Of a DNA stretch of 23,498 bases, positions 8,100-15,249 are shown one piece after another. Position numbers and translations under genes: made by a program. The stretch comes from a virus (Duplodnaviria > Heunggongvirae > Uroviricota > Caudoviricetes). The notes below the pieces were generated by a model. It saw only the letters and a program-made list of their open reading frames with translations. It was not told where the DNA came from and made no database searches. Each line of letters opens with the position of its first letter. The stretch's first letter is position 1. Location: positions 1 to 23,498 of the IMG/VR virus record IMGVR_UViG_3300030021_000018. The stretch is one strand, 5' to 3'.

Positions 8100-9041
8100 A
8101 TGAGCACTAAATTAACCGGCTATGTATGGGATGGTTGCGCTGCATCAGGCATGAAATTATCCAGCGTGGCAATTATGGCCCGCCTGGCTGATTTCAGTAA
8201 TGACGAAGGTGTGTGCTGGCCATCAATTGAAACCATTGCCCGCCAGATTGGCGCGGGAATGAGTACCGTCAGAACGGCTATCGCACGGCTGGAAGCAGAA
8301 GGCTGGTTAACGCGTAAGGCGCGTCGCCAGGGTAACCGCAATGCGTCGAATGTTTATCAGCTTAACGTTGCGAAGCTTCAGGCAGCGGCATTTTCTCAAC
8401 TGTCAGATTCTGACCCGTCAAAATCTGACGCATCAAAATCTGACCCGTCAAAATTTGATGCGTCGAAATCTGGCAAAAAAGCGGGTTTTCACCCGTCAGA
8501 ATCTGGCGGGGATCCGTCAGTAAAATCAAAACATGATCCGTCAGATAAAAAAACTTCTCGTCCGGACGCTTCGCAACCGAACACGCAGACGGATGAACAG
8601 GATTTTTTAACTCGCCATCCTGATGCGGTTGTATTCAGCCCTAAAAAGCGCCAGTGGGGAACGCAGGATGATTTGACCTGCGCACAGTGGCTCTGGAAAA
8701 AAATCATCGCCCTGTACGAGCAAGCCGCCGAATGTGACGGCGAGGTGGTTCGTCCCAAAGAACCGAACTGGACAGCCTGGGCAAACGAAATTCGCCTGAT
8801 GTGTGTGCAGGATGGTCGTACTCACAAACAAATCTGCGAGATGTACAGCCGCGTCAGCCGCGATCCGTTCTGGTGCCGTAACGTGCTCAGCCCGTCGAAG
8901 CTGCGGGAAAAATGGGATGAGCTTTCCCTGCGCTTATCGCCGTCCGTCAGCACGTACACCGAAAAACGCGAAGACCCGTACTTCAAATCCAGTTACGACA
9001 ACGTGGACTACAGCCAGATCCCGGCAGGATTCAGGGGGTGA
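8100..9041 (+). CDS. Replication initiator, lambda O-like (N-terminal DNA-binding domain, low-complexity linker encoded by the iterons)
   Basis: ATG at 8100 with GAGGT RBS; the gene contains an internal array of 15-bp direct repeats followed by an A-rich tract, the hallmark arrangement of lambdoid ori inside the O gene; N-terminal wHTH-like region. Confidence 0.8.
   Translation: MSTKLTGYVWDGCAASGMKLSSVAIMARLADFSNDEGVCWPSIETIARQIGAGMSTVRTAIARLEAEGWLTRKARRQGNRNASNVYQLNVAKLQAAAFSQLSDSDPSKSDASKSDPSKFDASKSGKKAGFHPSESGGDPSVKSKHDPSDKKTSRPDASQPNTQTDEQDFLTRHPDAVVFSPKKRQWGTQDDLTCAQWLWKKIIALYEQAAECDGEVVRPKEPNWTAWANEIRLMCVQDGRTHKQICEMYSRVSRDPFWCRNVLSPSKLREKWDELSLRLSPSVSTYTEKREDPYFKSSYDNVDYSQIPAGFRG
8411..8560 (+). 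repeat. Origin-like iteron array inside the O-like gene
   Basis: Four contiguous 15-bp iterons: tgacccgtcaaaatc (8411-8425), tgacgcatcaaaatc (8426-8440), tgacccgtcaaaatt (8441-8455), tgatgcgtcgaaatc (8456-8470), each with an internal TGAC..GTCA dyad. Degenerate CCGTCAG copies follow up to about 8545, then the A-rich tract gataaaaaaact. Confidence 0.8.
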
Positions 9042-9043
9042 TC

Positions 9044-9532
9044 ATGAGTCTTTTGAATGAAGTTCAGAAATTCATTGAAGCCCATCCGGGATGTACTTCC
9101 GGAGACATTGCGGATGCTTTTGCAGGTTACTCACGGCAGCGCGTTCTGCAGTCAGCAAGCAAGTTACGTCAGAGTGGGCGTGTGGCTCACCGTTGTGAAG
9201 GAGATACACGCAGACATTTCCCGCGCCTGACTGAGAGAGCGCAGGAACCGGAACCACAACCAGTTCGAGAAACCAGACCTGTGCGCAATTTCTATGTCGG
9301 CACTAACGATCCACGGGTGATTTTGTGCCTGACCCGCCAGGCTGAAGAACTGGAGTCCAGGGGCTTATACCGTCGTGCTGCAACCGTGTGGATGGCGGCA
9401 TTCCGTGAAAGCCACTCCCAGCCAGAACGAAACAATTTTCTGGCGCGTCGTGAGCAGTGCTTACAGAAAAGCAGCAAGCGCGCTGCATCGGGTGAAGAGT
9501 GGTATCTGTCAGGGAATTACGTGGGGGCTTAA
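9044..9532 (+). CDS. Hypothetical regulator with a PerC-like C-terminal region (tentative)
   Basis: ATG at 9044 with a GGGGG RBS; the segment QAEELESRGLYRRAATVWMAAF resembles the PerC/Pch activator signature as I recall it; N-terminal region is wHTH-like. Not verified. Confidence 0.5.
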   Translation: MSLLNEVQKFIEAHPGCTSGDIADAFAGYSRQRVLQSASKLRQSGRVAHRCEGDTRRHFPRLTERAQEPEPQPVRETRPVRNFYVGTNDPRVILCLTRQAEELESRGLYRRAATVWMAAFRESHSQPERNNFLARREQCLQKSSKRAASGEEWYLSGNYVGA

Positions 9533-10185
9533 TGAGTAATAAATATTGTCAGGCACTGGTGGAACTGCGGAACAAACCAGCCCATGAACTGAAGGAAGTG
9601 GGCGATCAGTGGCGCACGCCGGACAACATTTTCTGGGGAATTAACACCCTGTTTGGCCCGTTTGTTCTGGATCTGTTCACTGACGGTGATAACGCCAAAT
9701 GTGCCGCGTATTACACGGCGGAAGACAACGCGCTGGCGCATGACTGGTCAGAACGCCTTGCGGAGCTTAAAGGTGCTGCCTTTGGTAATCCCCCATACAG
9801 CCGCGCCAGTCAGCATGAGGGGCAATACATCACCGGCATGCGTTACATCATGAAGCATGCCAGTGCCATGCGTGATAAAGGCGGGCGCTATGTTTTCCTG
9901 ATCAAAGCTGCCACCAGTGAAGTGTGGTGGCCGGAAGATGCGGACCATATTGCTTTTATTCGCGGGCGTATTGGTTTTGAACTGCCTGCCTGGTTTATCC
10001 CGAAGGACGAGAAGCAGGTGCCGACAGGTGCTTTCTTCGCTGGTGCTATTGCTGTTTTCGACAAGATCTGGAAGGGACCGGCAATCAGCTACATCGGGCG
10101 CGATGAACTTGAGGCATGTGGTGAGGCGTTTCTGGCGCAGGTTCGCCAGCAGGCGGAAAAACTGGTCAGGGAGATGGCGGCATGA
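9532..10185 (+). CDS. Phage Dam-family N6-adenine DNA methyltransferase (orphan)
   Basis: Start ATG overlaps the upstream stop (TAATG); the product contains the NPPY amino-methyltransferase catalytic motif (AFGNPPYS) and an N-terminal region typical of the phage Dam family. Confidence 0.85.
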   Translation: MSNKYCQALVELRNKPAHELKEVGDQWRTPDNIFWGINTLFGPFVLDLFTDGDNAKCAAYYTAEDNALAHDWSERLAELKGAAFGNPPYSRASQHEGQYITGMRYIMKHASAMRDKGGRYVFLIKAATSEVWWPEDADHIAFIRGRIGFELPAWFIPKDEKQVPTGAFFAGAIAVFDKIWKGPAISYIGRDELEACGEAFLAQVRQQAEKLVREMAA

Positions 10186-10508
10186 CGACGTTAACTCAAT
10201 GCCAGCAGCAGGTGCTGGATATGCTGATTTCTTATCAGAAAGAACGTGGTTTCCCGCCAACCAATCAGGAGGTGGCAACCATGCTGGGATACCGTTCAGT
10301 GAATGCAGCGGTGGAGCATCTTCGCGCACTGGAGAAAAAAGGCGTCATCACGATAAAGCGTGGCGTGGCCCGGGGGATCACGCTTCATACCGCAGTGAAG
10401 GACGACGACAGCGAAGCGGTCGGTATCATCCGCGCACTGCTTGCCGGTGAGGAGAACGCCAGGTTGCGTGCAGCCCACTGGTTACATGAGAGGGGCTTGA
10501 AAGTATGA
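10182..10508 (+). CDS. LexA N-terminal DNA-binding-domain-like protein (no peptidase domain)
   Basis: 108 aa; LTQCQQQVLDMLISYQKERGFPPTNQEVATMLGYRSVNAAVEHLRALEKKGVI resembles the LexA winged-helix DBD; ATGA-coupled to the upstream gene. Confidence 0.6.
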   Translation: MTTLTQCQQQVLDMLISYQKERGFPPTNQEVATMLGYRSVNAAVEHLRALEKKGVITIKRGVARGITLHTAVKDDDSEAVGIIRALLAGEENARLRAAHWLHERGLKV

Positions 10509-10894
10509 AGTTGATCCTTCCTTTCCCGCCCAGTGTGAACACGTACTGGCGACACCCCAACAAAGGGGCGTTTGCTGGTAAGAGCCTGATAAGCGCGGCG
10601 GGGCGAAAATTCCAGAGCGCGGCGTGTGCCGCAATAGTTGAGCAGTTACGTCGTCTGCCAAAACCAACGTCGGCACCTGCTTCAGTGGAGATCGTGTTGT
10701 TTCCTCCGGATAACCGGATCCGCGATCTGGACAACTATAACAAGGCGCTGTTTGACGCCCTGACCCACGCGGGTGTGCGGGAAGACGACAGTCAGGTGAA
10801 AAGAATGCTGGTTGAGTGGGGACCGGTTATCCCGAAAGGGAAGGTCGAGATCACTATCAGTAAGTTCGAGAAAACGGCGGGTGCAGCCGCCTGA
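10505..10894 (+). CDS. rusA: RusA-family Holliday junction resolvase
   Basis: 129 aa with the conserved acidic motif DLDNYNKALFDAL and overall RusA-like layout; start overlaps the upstream stop (ATGA). Confidence 0.85.
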   Translation: MKLILPFPPSVNTYWRHPNKGAFAGKSLISAAGRKFQSAACAAIVEQLRRLPKPTSAPASVEIVLFPPDNRIRDLDNYNKALFDALTHAGVREDDSQVKRMLVEWGPVIPKGKVEITISKFEKTAGAAA

Positions 10895-10913
10895 TTAAGA
10901 GGAGAAACGAAGT

Positions 10914-11723
10914 ATGAATAATCTGATGGTCATTGATGGTATTGAAGTTCGTCGTGATGCTTATGGGCGTTACAGTCTGAACGATCTGCATCGCGCAGCA
11001 GTAGCATCTGGTGCAAATGCCAGAACCAAGGAGCCAGGAAAGTTTCTTTCCAGCCAACAAACTGTTGAGCTTGTTCATGAATTGACCAACACCCAGAATT
11101 TGGGTGTTGACCCGGTGAGTGTGATTCATGGGGGAAATGAACGGGGAACGTATGTCTGCAAGGAACTGGTGTATGCCTATGCAATGTGGATCAGCCCGTC
11201 ATTCCATCTGAAGGTGATCCGTACTTTCGACATGGTAACCAGCGCACCGGAAAAATTATCCGGACAGGCTGCTGACAAGATGCAGGCTGGTGTGATTCTG
11301 CTGGACTTTATGCGCCGGGAATTAAACCTGTCTAACTCTTCAGTGCTTGGTGCCTGTCAGAAACTCCAGGAGGCTGTTGGCTTACCGAATCTGGCACCGC
11401 GCTATGCCATTGATGCTCCTGCTGATGCACACGATGGCTCAAGTCGCCCGACACTGTCACTGAGTGCACTGCTGAAACAGTATGGTATCCGCCTGACGGC
11501 TAATCAGGCATATCACCAGATGGTGAAGCTGGGGATCGTTGAACAACGCGAACGATACAGCCGTACCGCGATTAACAACATCAAAAAATTCTGGTCGCTG
11601 ACGGCGAAAGGCTGCATGTTCGGCAAGAACATCACCAGTCCTGCAAATCCGCGCGAGACGCAGCCGCATTTCTTCGAATCCCGATTCCCTGAGCTGTTAA
11701 AACTGCTCGATACCGTTCATTGA
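10914..11723 (+). CDS. KilA-N domain protein
   Basis: N-terminal region (NNLMVIDGIEVRRDAYGRYSLNDLHRAA...GTYVCKELVYAYAMWISPSFHLKVIRTF) matches the KilA-N DNA-binding domain pattern; RBS GAGGAGAAACGAAGTATG. Confidence 0.65.
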   Translation: MNNLMVIDGIEVRRDAYGRYSLNDLHRAAVASGANARTKEPGKFLSSQQTVELVHELTNTQNLGVDPVSVIHGGNERGTYVCKELVYAYAMWISPSFHLKVIRTFDMVTSAPEKLSGQAADKMQAGVILLDFMRRELNLSNSSVLGACQKLQEAVGLPNLAPRYAIDAPADAHDGSSRPTLSLSALLKQYGIRLTANQAYHQMVKLGIVEQRERYSRTAINNIKKFWSLTAKGCMFGKNITSPANPRETQPHFFESRFPELLKLLDTVH

Positions 11724-11724
11724 G

Positions 11725-12720
11725 GTGACCGTGAGAGCACTACTGACCCCTGAAATTGCCCCGCGTATGGGGATTGTATTGTTCAGGCCAGGTTCAGAGC
11801 TGATGCCCCTGTTTATGCAGGGGCGTGTCCTGCTGGAGCCTGAGCCGGAACGTTATTCATCTTTCGCCAGTGGTGCCGTTCCGGCGGCATCACAACCGCT
11901 GGCGGATGATCCTGCCGTTCGGGCCGTGTTCCGCAATGAGGCAGTGATCCGTCGTGCTGGTGGCGTGGAATGTCTTGAAAGCTGGTTACTTCGTGAAAAG
12001 GGCTGTCAGTGGCCTCATTCCGACTGGCACAGCGAGAACATGACCACAATGCGGCACGCTCCGGGAGCAATTCGTCTGTGCTGGCACTGCGATAACCAGC
12101 TGCGTGACCAGTTCACGGAACGGCTGGAATCAATGGCAACGGATAACTGTGCCCGCTGGGTGTTGTCTGTTGTGCGTCGGGATCTCGGTTTTGATGATAG
12201 TCACGTTGTGACAATGCCGGAACTGTGCTGGTGGCTGATTCGTAATGACCTGGCGGATGCCTTACCGGAAAGTGCAGCCCGTAAGGCACTGAGATTACCA
12301 AAGCCTATTGTGCCGTCTGTCACCCGGGAAAGTGACCTTGTGCCTTCGGTTCCTGCCACCAGCATCATCCAGGATAAGGCGAAAAAGGTGCTGGCGCTGA
12401 AAGTGGATCCGGAGTCGCCGGAGTCTTTTATGTTACGCCCAAAACGTCGCCGCTGGGTTAATGAAAAGTACACGCGCTGGGTTAAGACACAGCCGTGTGC
12501 ATGTTGTGGAAAGCCCGCTGATGATCCCCACCACCTGATAGGTTACGGTCAGGGTGGAATGGGAACAAAAGCGCATGACCTTTTTGTGTTGCCTTTGTGC
12601 AGAAAGCATCACGACGAGCTGCATGCGGATACCGTGGCATTTGAAGAAAAGTATGGCTCCCAGCTGGAGCTGATATTTCGTTTTATCGATCGCGCGCTGG
12701 CAATTGGCGTGCTGGCCTGA
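11725..12720 (+). CDS. DUF968-family protein with a C-terminal HNH-like Cys/His cluster; exact start uncertain (GTG 11725 or 11731)
   Basis: The C-terminal CACCGKPADDPHHLIGYGQGGMGTKAHDLFVLPLCRKHHDELH is the characteristic DUF968 motif found in lambdoid prophages (Qin ydfU-like). Confidence 0.7.
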   Translation: MTVRALLTPEIAPRMGIVLFRPGSELMPLFMQGRVLLEPEPERYSSFASGAVPAASQPLADDPAVRAVFRNEAVIRRAGGVECLESWLLREKGCQWPHSDWHSENMTTMRHAPGAIRLCWHCDNQLRDQFTERLESMATDNCARWVLSVVRRDLGFDDSHVVTMPELCWWLIRNDLADALPESAARKALRLPKPIVPSVTRESDLVPSVPATSIIQDKAKKVLALKVDPESPESFMLRPKRRRWVNEKYTRWVKTQPCACCGKPADDPHHLIGYGQGGMGTKAHDLFVLPLCRKHHDELHADTVAFEEKYGSQLELIFRFIDRALAIGVLA

Positions 12721-12738
12721 TTTTTTCGGAGAAAGGTG

Positions 12739-13104
12739 ATGCGTGATATTCAGATGGTTCTTGAGCGTTGGGGGGCATGGGCGGCGAGTGACAGTTCAGG
12801 AGTAGACTATTCGCCTATAGCTGCTGGGTTTAAGGGACTTCTTCCCTATACAAGCAAAACACGTCAGGCTTGTTCAGATAGTGATGCATTAATTATTGAA
12901 GGTTGTCTTGCTCGTCTAAAGCAAAAAAGGCCAGACGAACATTCGCTTCTTGTTGCCCATTACCTATACGGTATCTCTAAAAGAAAGCTCGCCAAAGCTC
13001 GTAAAAAGGATGAGAAACTAATACGCATTGAGATACAGATGGCTGAGGGGTTTATTGAAGGCTGTCTCTCAATGCTTGATCTTTGTTTGGAAATGGACCA
13101 ATAG
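12739..13104 (+). CDS. Late-gene antitermination protein Q (short QuuD-like type)
   Basis: About 121 aa, ATG with GGAGAAAGG RBS; the N-terminus MRDIQMVLERWGAWAASDSSGVDYSP matches my memory of short lambdoid Q antiterminators; it sits upstream of the lysis module. Confidence 0.75.
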   Translation: MRDIQMVLERWGAWAASDSSGVDYSPIAAGFKGLLPYTSKTRQACSDSDALIIEGCLARLKQKRPDEHSLLVAHYLYGISKRKLAKARKKDEKLIRIEIQMAEGFIEGCLSMLDLCLEMDQ

Positions 13105-13127
13105 ACTACAAGAATAGCAACTGCCGC

Positions 13128-13550
13128 TCAGCTTTGCGGATCGGCAGTTTCTGATGGTGTAATGTTACGCGCAGATGTTTCAAGTATAGATTCCCTTCCG
13201 ATTGATACCAAAATTTCGATTGTTCTTGCTTTAGCCTGCATCAATGTTGATTTTATTTCAGGACTTAAGTGGTCAGATCGTAACTGCTTCTCAATCTCAG
13301 CCAAATCACGCTTGCATTTTGCTCTTTTGGCTGCGTCTTCTGGAGATTCGAAACCATGTCTCGAAATGAACCAATTCATGACGTAAGTTAAAGTTGCCGC
13401 AACACCCGGTACTAATGCGTAGGCTACAGTTCGCCACACGCTATTAGGGTCGGTTAAAATCGCGCTAACAAGAACACTTAAAATTGCTCCCCAACCACCA
13501 GTTGAAAGGGTAGCTTTTCCTGTGCTTAGACCTTTAGTTTGAGAATTCAT
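13128..13550 (-). CDS. Small predicted membrane protein (140 aa, two hydrophobic helices then a charged helical tail); last gene of the opposite-strand cassette
   Basis: ATG at 13550 overlapping the upstream stop (ATGA); hydrophobic segments GGWGAILSVLVSAILT and VAYALVPGVAATLTYVMNWFI; AT-rich codon usage unlike the flanking phage genes. Confidence 0.7.
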   Translation of the reverse strand: MNSQTKGLSTGKATLSTGGWGAILSVLVSAILTDPNSVWRTVAYALVPGVAATLTYVMNWFISRHGFESPEDAAKRAKCKRDLAEIEKQLRSDHLSPEIKSTLMQAKARTIEILVSIGRESILETSARNITPSETADPQS

Positions 13551-13816
13551 TTTCGTTTTGAATTCTCCGCAATTGCCTCATCAATGAGGGTTGTTAGCAT
13601 TTTTCCCTTTTTACTTGGAACTTTTATTACTAGCGTTTTGGTCACTCCGGAATCTTCATCGTGATATCGGAATTCGAAGACTTTTGTAGGGAATAGTCGA
13701 CGCCAAAGCAAGGCTGACGCTGAATAGCAAAAACGACTAAAGGCAGGGATGATCATTATCACCCCTATCCAGAAGATCAGTTGTGCTATCTGCATGTTTA
13801 GTGTCACTTTTGTCAA
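13547..13816 (-). CDS. Small predicted membrane protein (up to 89 aa; start may be the internal ATG at 13795)
   Basis: Hydrophobic N-terminal helix IAQLIFWIGVIMIIPAF followed by a basic soluble tail; the frame is linked to its neighbours by 4-nt overlaps. Confidence 0.6.
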   Translation of the reverse strand: MTKVTLNMQIAQLIFWIGVIMIIPAFSRFCYSASALLWRRLFPTKVFEFRYHDEDSGVTKTLVIKVPSKKGKMLTTLIDEAIAENSKRK

Positions 13817-14682
13817 GCCTCAGCAGGGCGTTTTCGTTTTACTTTGGTTATAGCATACTTGGTTGTGGCATTTCGCGCAGTGAAAGTTTTTATAGTTTTT
13901 AGCTCAACAACAAACAAATCTTCTTTTGTAAAACTGATGATTCCGTTTTGAACTTGGTGTATAAACAACTGATCTTCAAAGGTAACAGCATGCTCTTCGC
14001 CTAAATAATCGATTCTCCAACCCTTTGTACCCTCGAAGTTGATCTGTACGAATCTAACATTGACTTCTTCTACAGACTCTTCTTTTTCAAGTAGTGTGCC
14101 TCTAGGCAGCGGTTTGATCTCTTCGGTTTCACTTCCTTCAAGACGAACGACTTCTTCGCCTTCATCATTCAGCACCTTAAATACTGCTCCTTGTTTGCCG
14201 TCTAATGGTGCACGAACTACATTCACAAGGGCATCACGGACTTCTGGATCTGTTACTAACTTAGCCACTGAGTCATGGCAAACAATTTCTTCCCCTTCAA
14301 GCTCAAGAACAGATTCTTCTGTTCCTGCCCGTTTTGTTACCGAAATTACTTTCTTGCTGCCCAGTTGGCGGATTAGTGATAATGCTGGAGCTCCAATAGT
14401 AGCCCCGGCTATCCCTGTTAGGCCAATCACTTTTGCTACGTCGACGGCATGAGGAACAAGCTCCATCATCGTATAGGATACGCCGAGTGATCCCGCTTCA
14501 GCTGGATTAGTAACCATTAACTTAACGGTTTGTTGGCCGTCATTAAGTCTTTTATCAGCTGCTGATATTAAATCTGCCATCGAACCTATGGAAATGCTTA
14601 ATGTTTTGGCATCAATTTTATGCTGTGCTAATTCATTATCCTCTGCATCGTAGAAGATCTGAAAAGAAGTTGTTTTAGTCAC
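13813..14682 (-). CDS. Hypothetical acidic soluble protein (up to 289 aa; start codon uncertain, GTG at 14682 or ATG at 14580); first gene of the opposite-strand cassette
   Basis: Long open frame in AT-rich DNA; acidic, Glu/Val-rich C-terminal half; no family recognised. Confidence 0.7.
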   Translation of the reverse strand: MTKTTSFQIFYDAEDNELAQHKIDAKTLSISIGSMADLISAADKRLNDGQQTVKLMVTNPAEAGSLGVSYTMMELVPHAVDVAKVIGLTGIAGATIGAPALSLIRQLGSKKVISVTKRAGTEESVLELEGEEIVCHDSVAKLVTDPEVRDALVNVVRAPLDGKQGAVFKVLNDEGEEVVRLEGSETEEIKPLPRGTLLEKEESVEEVNVRFVQINFEGTKGWRIDYLGEEHAVTFEDQLFIHQVQNGIISFTKEDLFVVELKTIKTFTARNATTKYAITKVKRKRPAEA

Positions 14683-14804
14683 TCTTTGCTCGCTATGTCT
14701 TGATTTTTTTCCACAAAATACCTTTTTTTGGTGTAAAAAACATTATCGCGGTCCGCAAAAATTGCGTTACTGTGTTAAGAGTGATTACTTCGTCACACAG
14801 CTTA

Positions 14805-14830
14805 AACCCGCCGTCGAGCGGGTTTTTTTA
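14805..14830 (+). terminator. Intrinsic terminator candidate (possible tR'-like element of the late promoter region)
   Basis: acccgc-cgtcga-gcgggt stem-loop followed by ttttttta; plus-strand orientation, about 120 bp upstream of the next plus-strand gene. Confidence 0.55.
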
Positions 14831-14952
14831 TACCTGTAAACCTGGTGCAGTACGGTAAACACGCTGGTGGTCGTGAATACTGACTTTTTATCTTGCTGGC
14901 TTTTTAGACAAGAGTTATTGGTATGTCATGTTAACCATGAAGGTAAAAAGAC

Positions 14953-15222
14953 ATGCTAAAACAGCAAGATATGACAGAAACGGCGAAAGTTGTTTTTAAT
15001 GAATTAAACGGCAAACCGGCAACAGTCGGGGAGATAGCACAAAACACATACCTTTCACGCGAACGCTGTCAGTTAATACTGACCCAGCTGGTTATGGCGG
15101 GGCTGGCAGATTATGTGAAAATGGGCGGCTGGTGGGTGTTGGTAGCACCTGCCAGCCATTCGCTCATGCTTACTGGTCACAAGCGAACCATGGCCCACTG
15201 CTTTAGCGCAAAAGCAGAGTGA
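14953..15222 (+). CDS. Small hypothetical protein (89 aa), possibly a winged-helix DNA-binding protein
   Basis: ATG with AAGG RBS (aAGGtaaaaagacATG); lies directly upstream of the second methyltransferase gene. Confidence 0.5.
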   Translation: MLKQQDMTETAKVVFNELNGKPATVGEIAQNTYLSRERCQLILTQLVMAGLADYVKMGGWWVLVAPASHSLMLTGHKRTMAHCFSAKAE

Positions 15223-15249
15223 GCCTACCAGAGTTACGCTTACTGATCC

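Noticed and set aside
7752-8109. Programmed ribosomal frameshift joining the 7752 frame to the alternate frame
   Set aside because: No slippery heptamer or obvious stimulatory structure at the frame junction (about 7900-7930); reported instead as an unresolved alternate-frame ORF.
8411-8470. Possible CRISPR-like direct repeat array
   Set aside because: The repeats are 15 bp, contiguous without spacers and lie inside a coding sequence; this fits origin iterons, not CRISPR.
9748-10450. Long ORFs on the minus strand (193 aa) and in an alternate plus frame (177 aa) across the methyltransferase/LexA-like region
   Set aside because: Shadow frames of GC-rich coding DNA with Arg/Ser-rich translations; the annotated frames have coupled starts and recognisable motifs.
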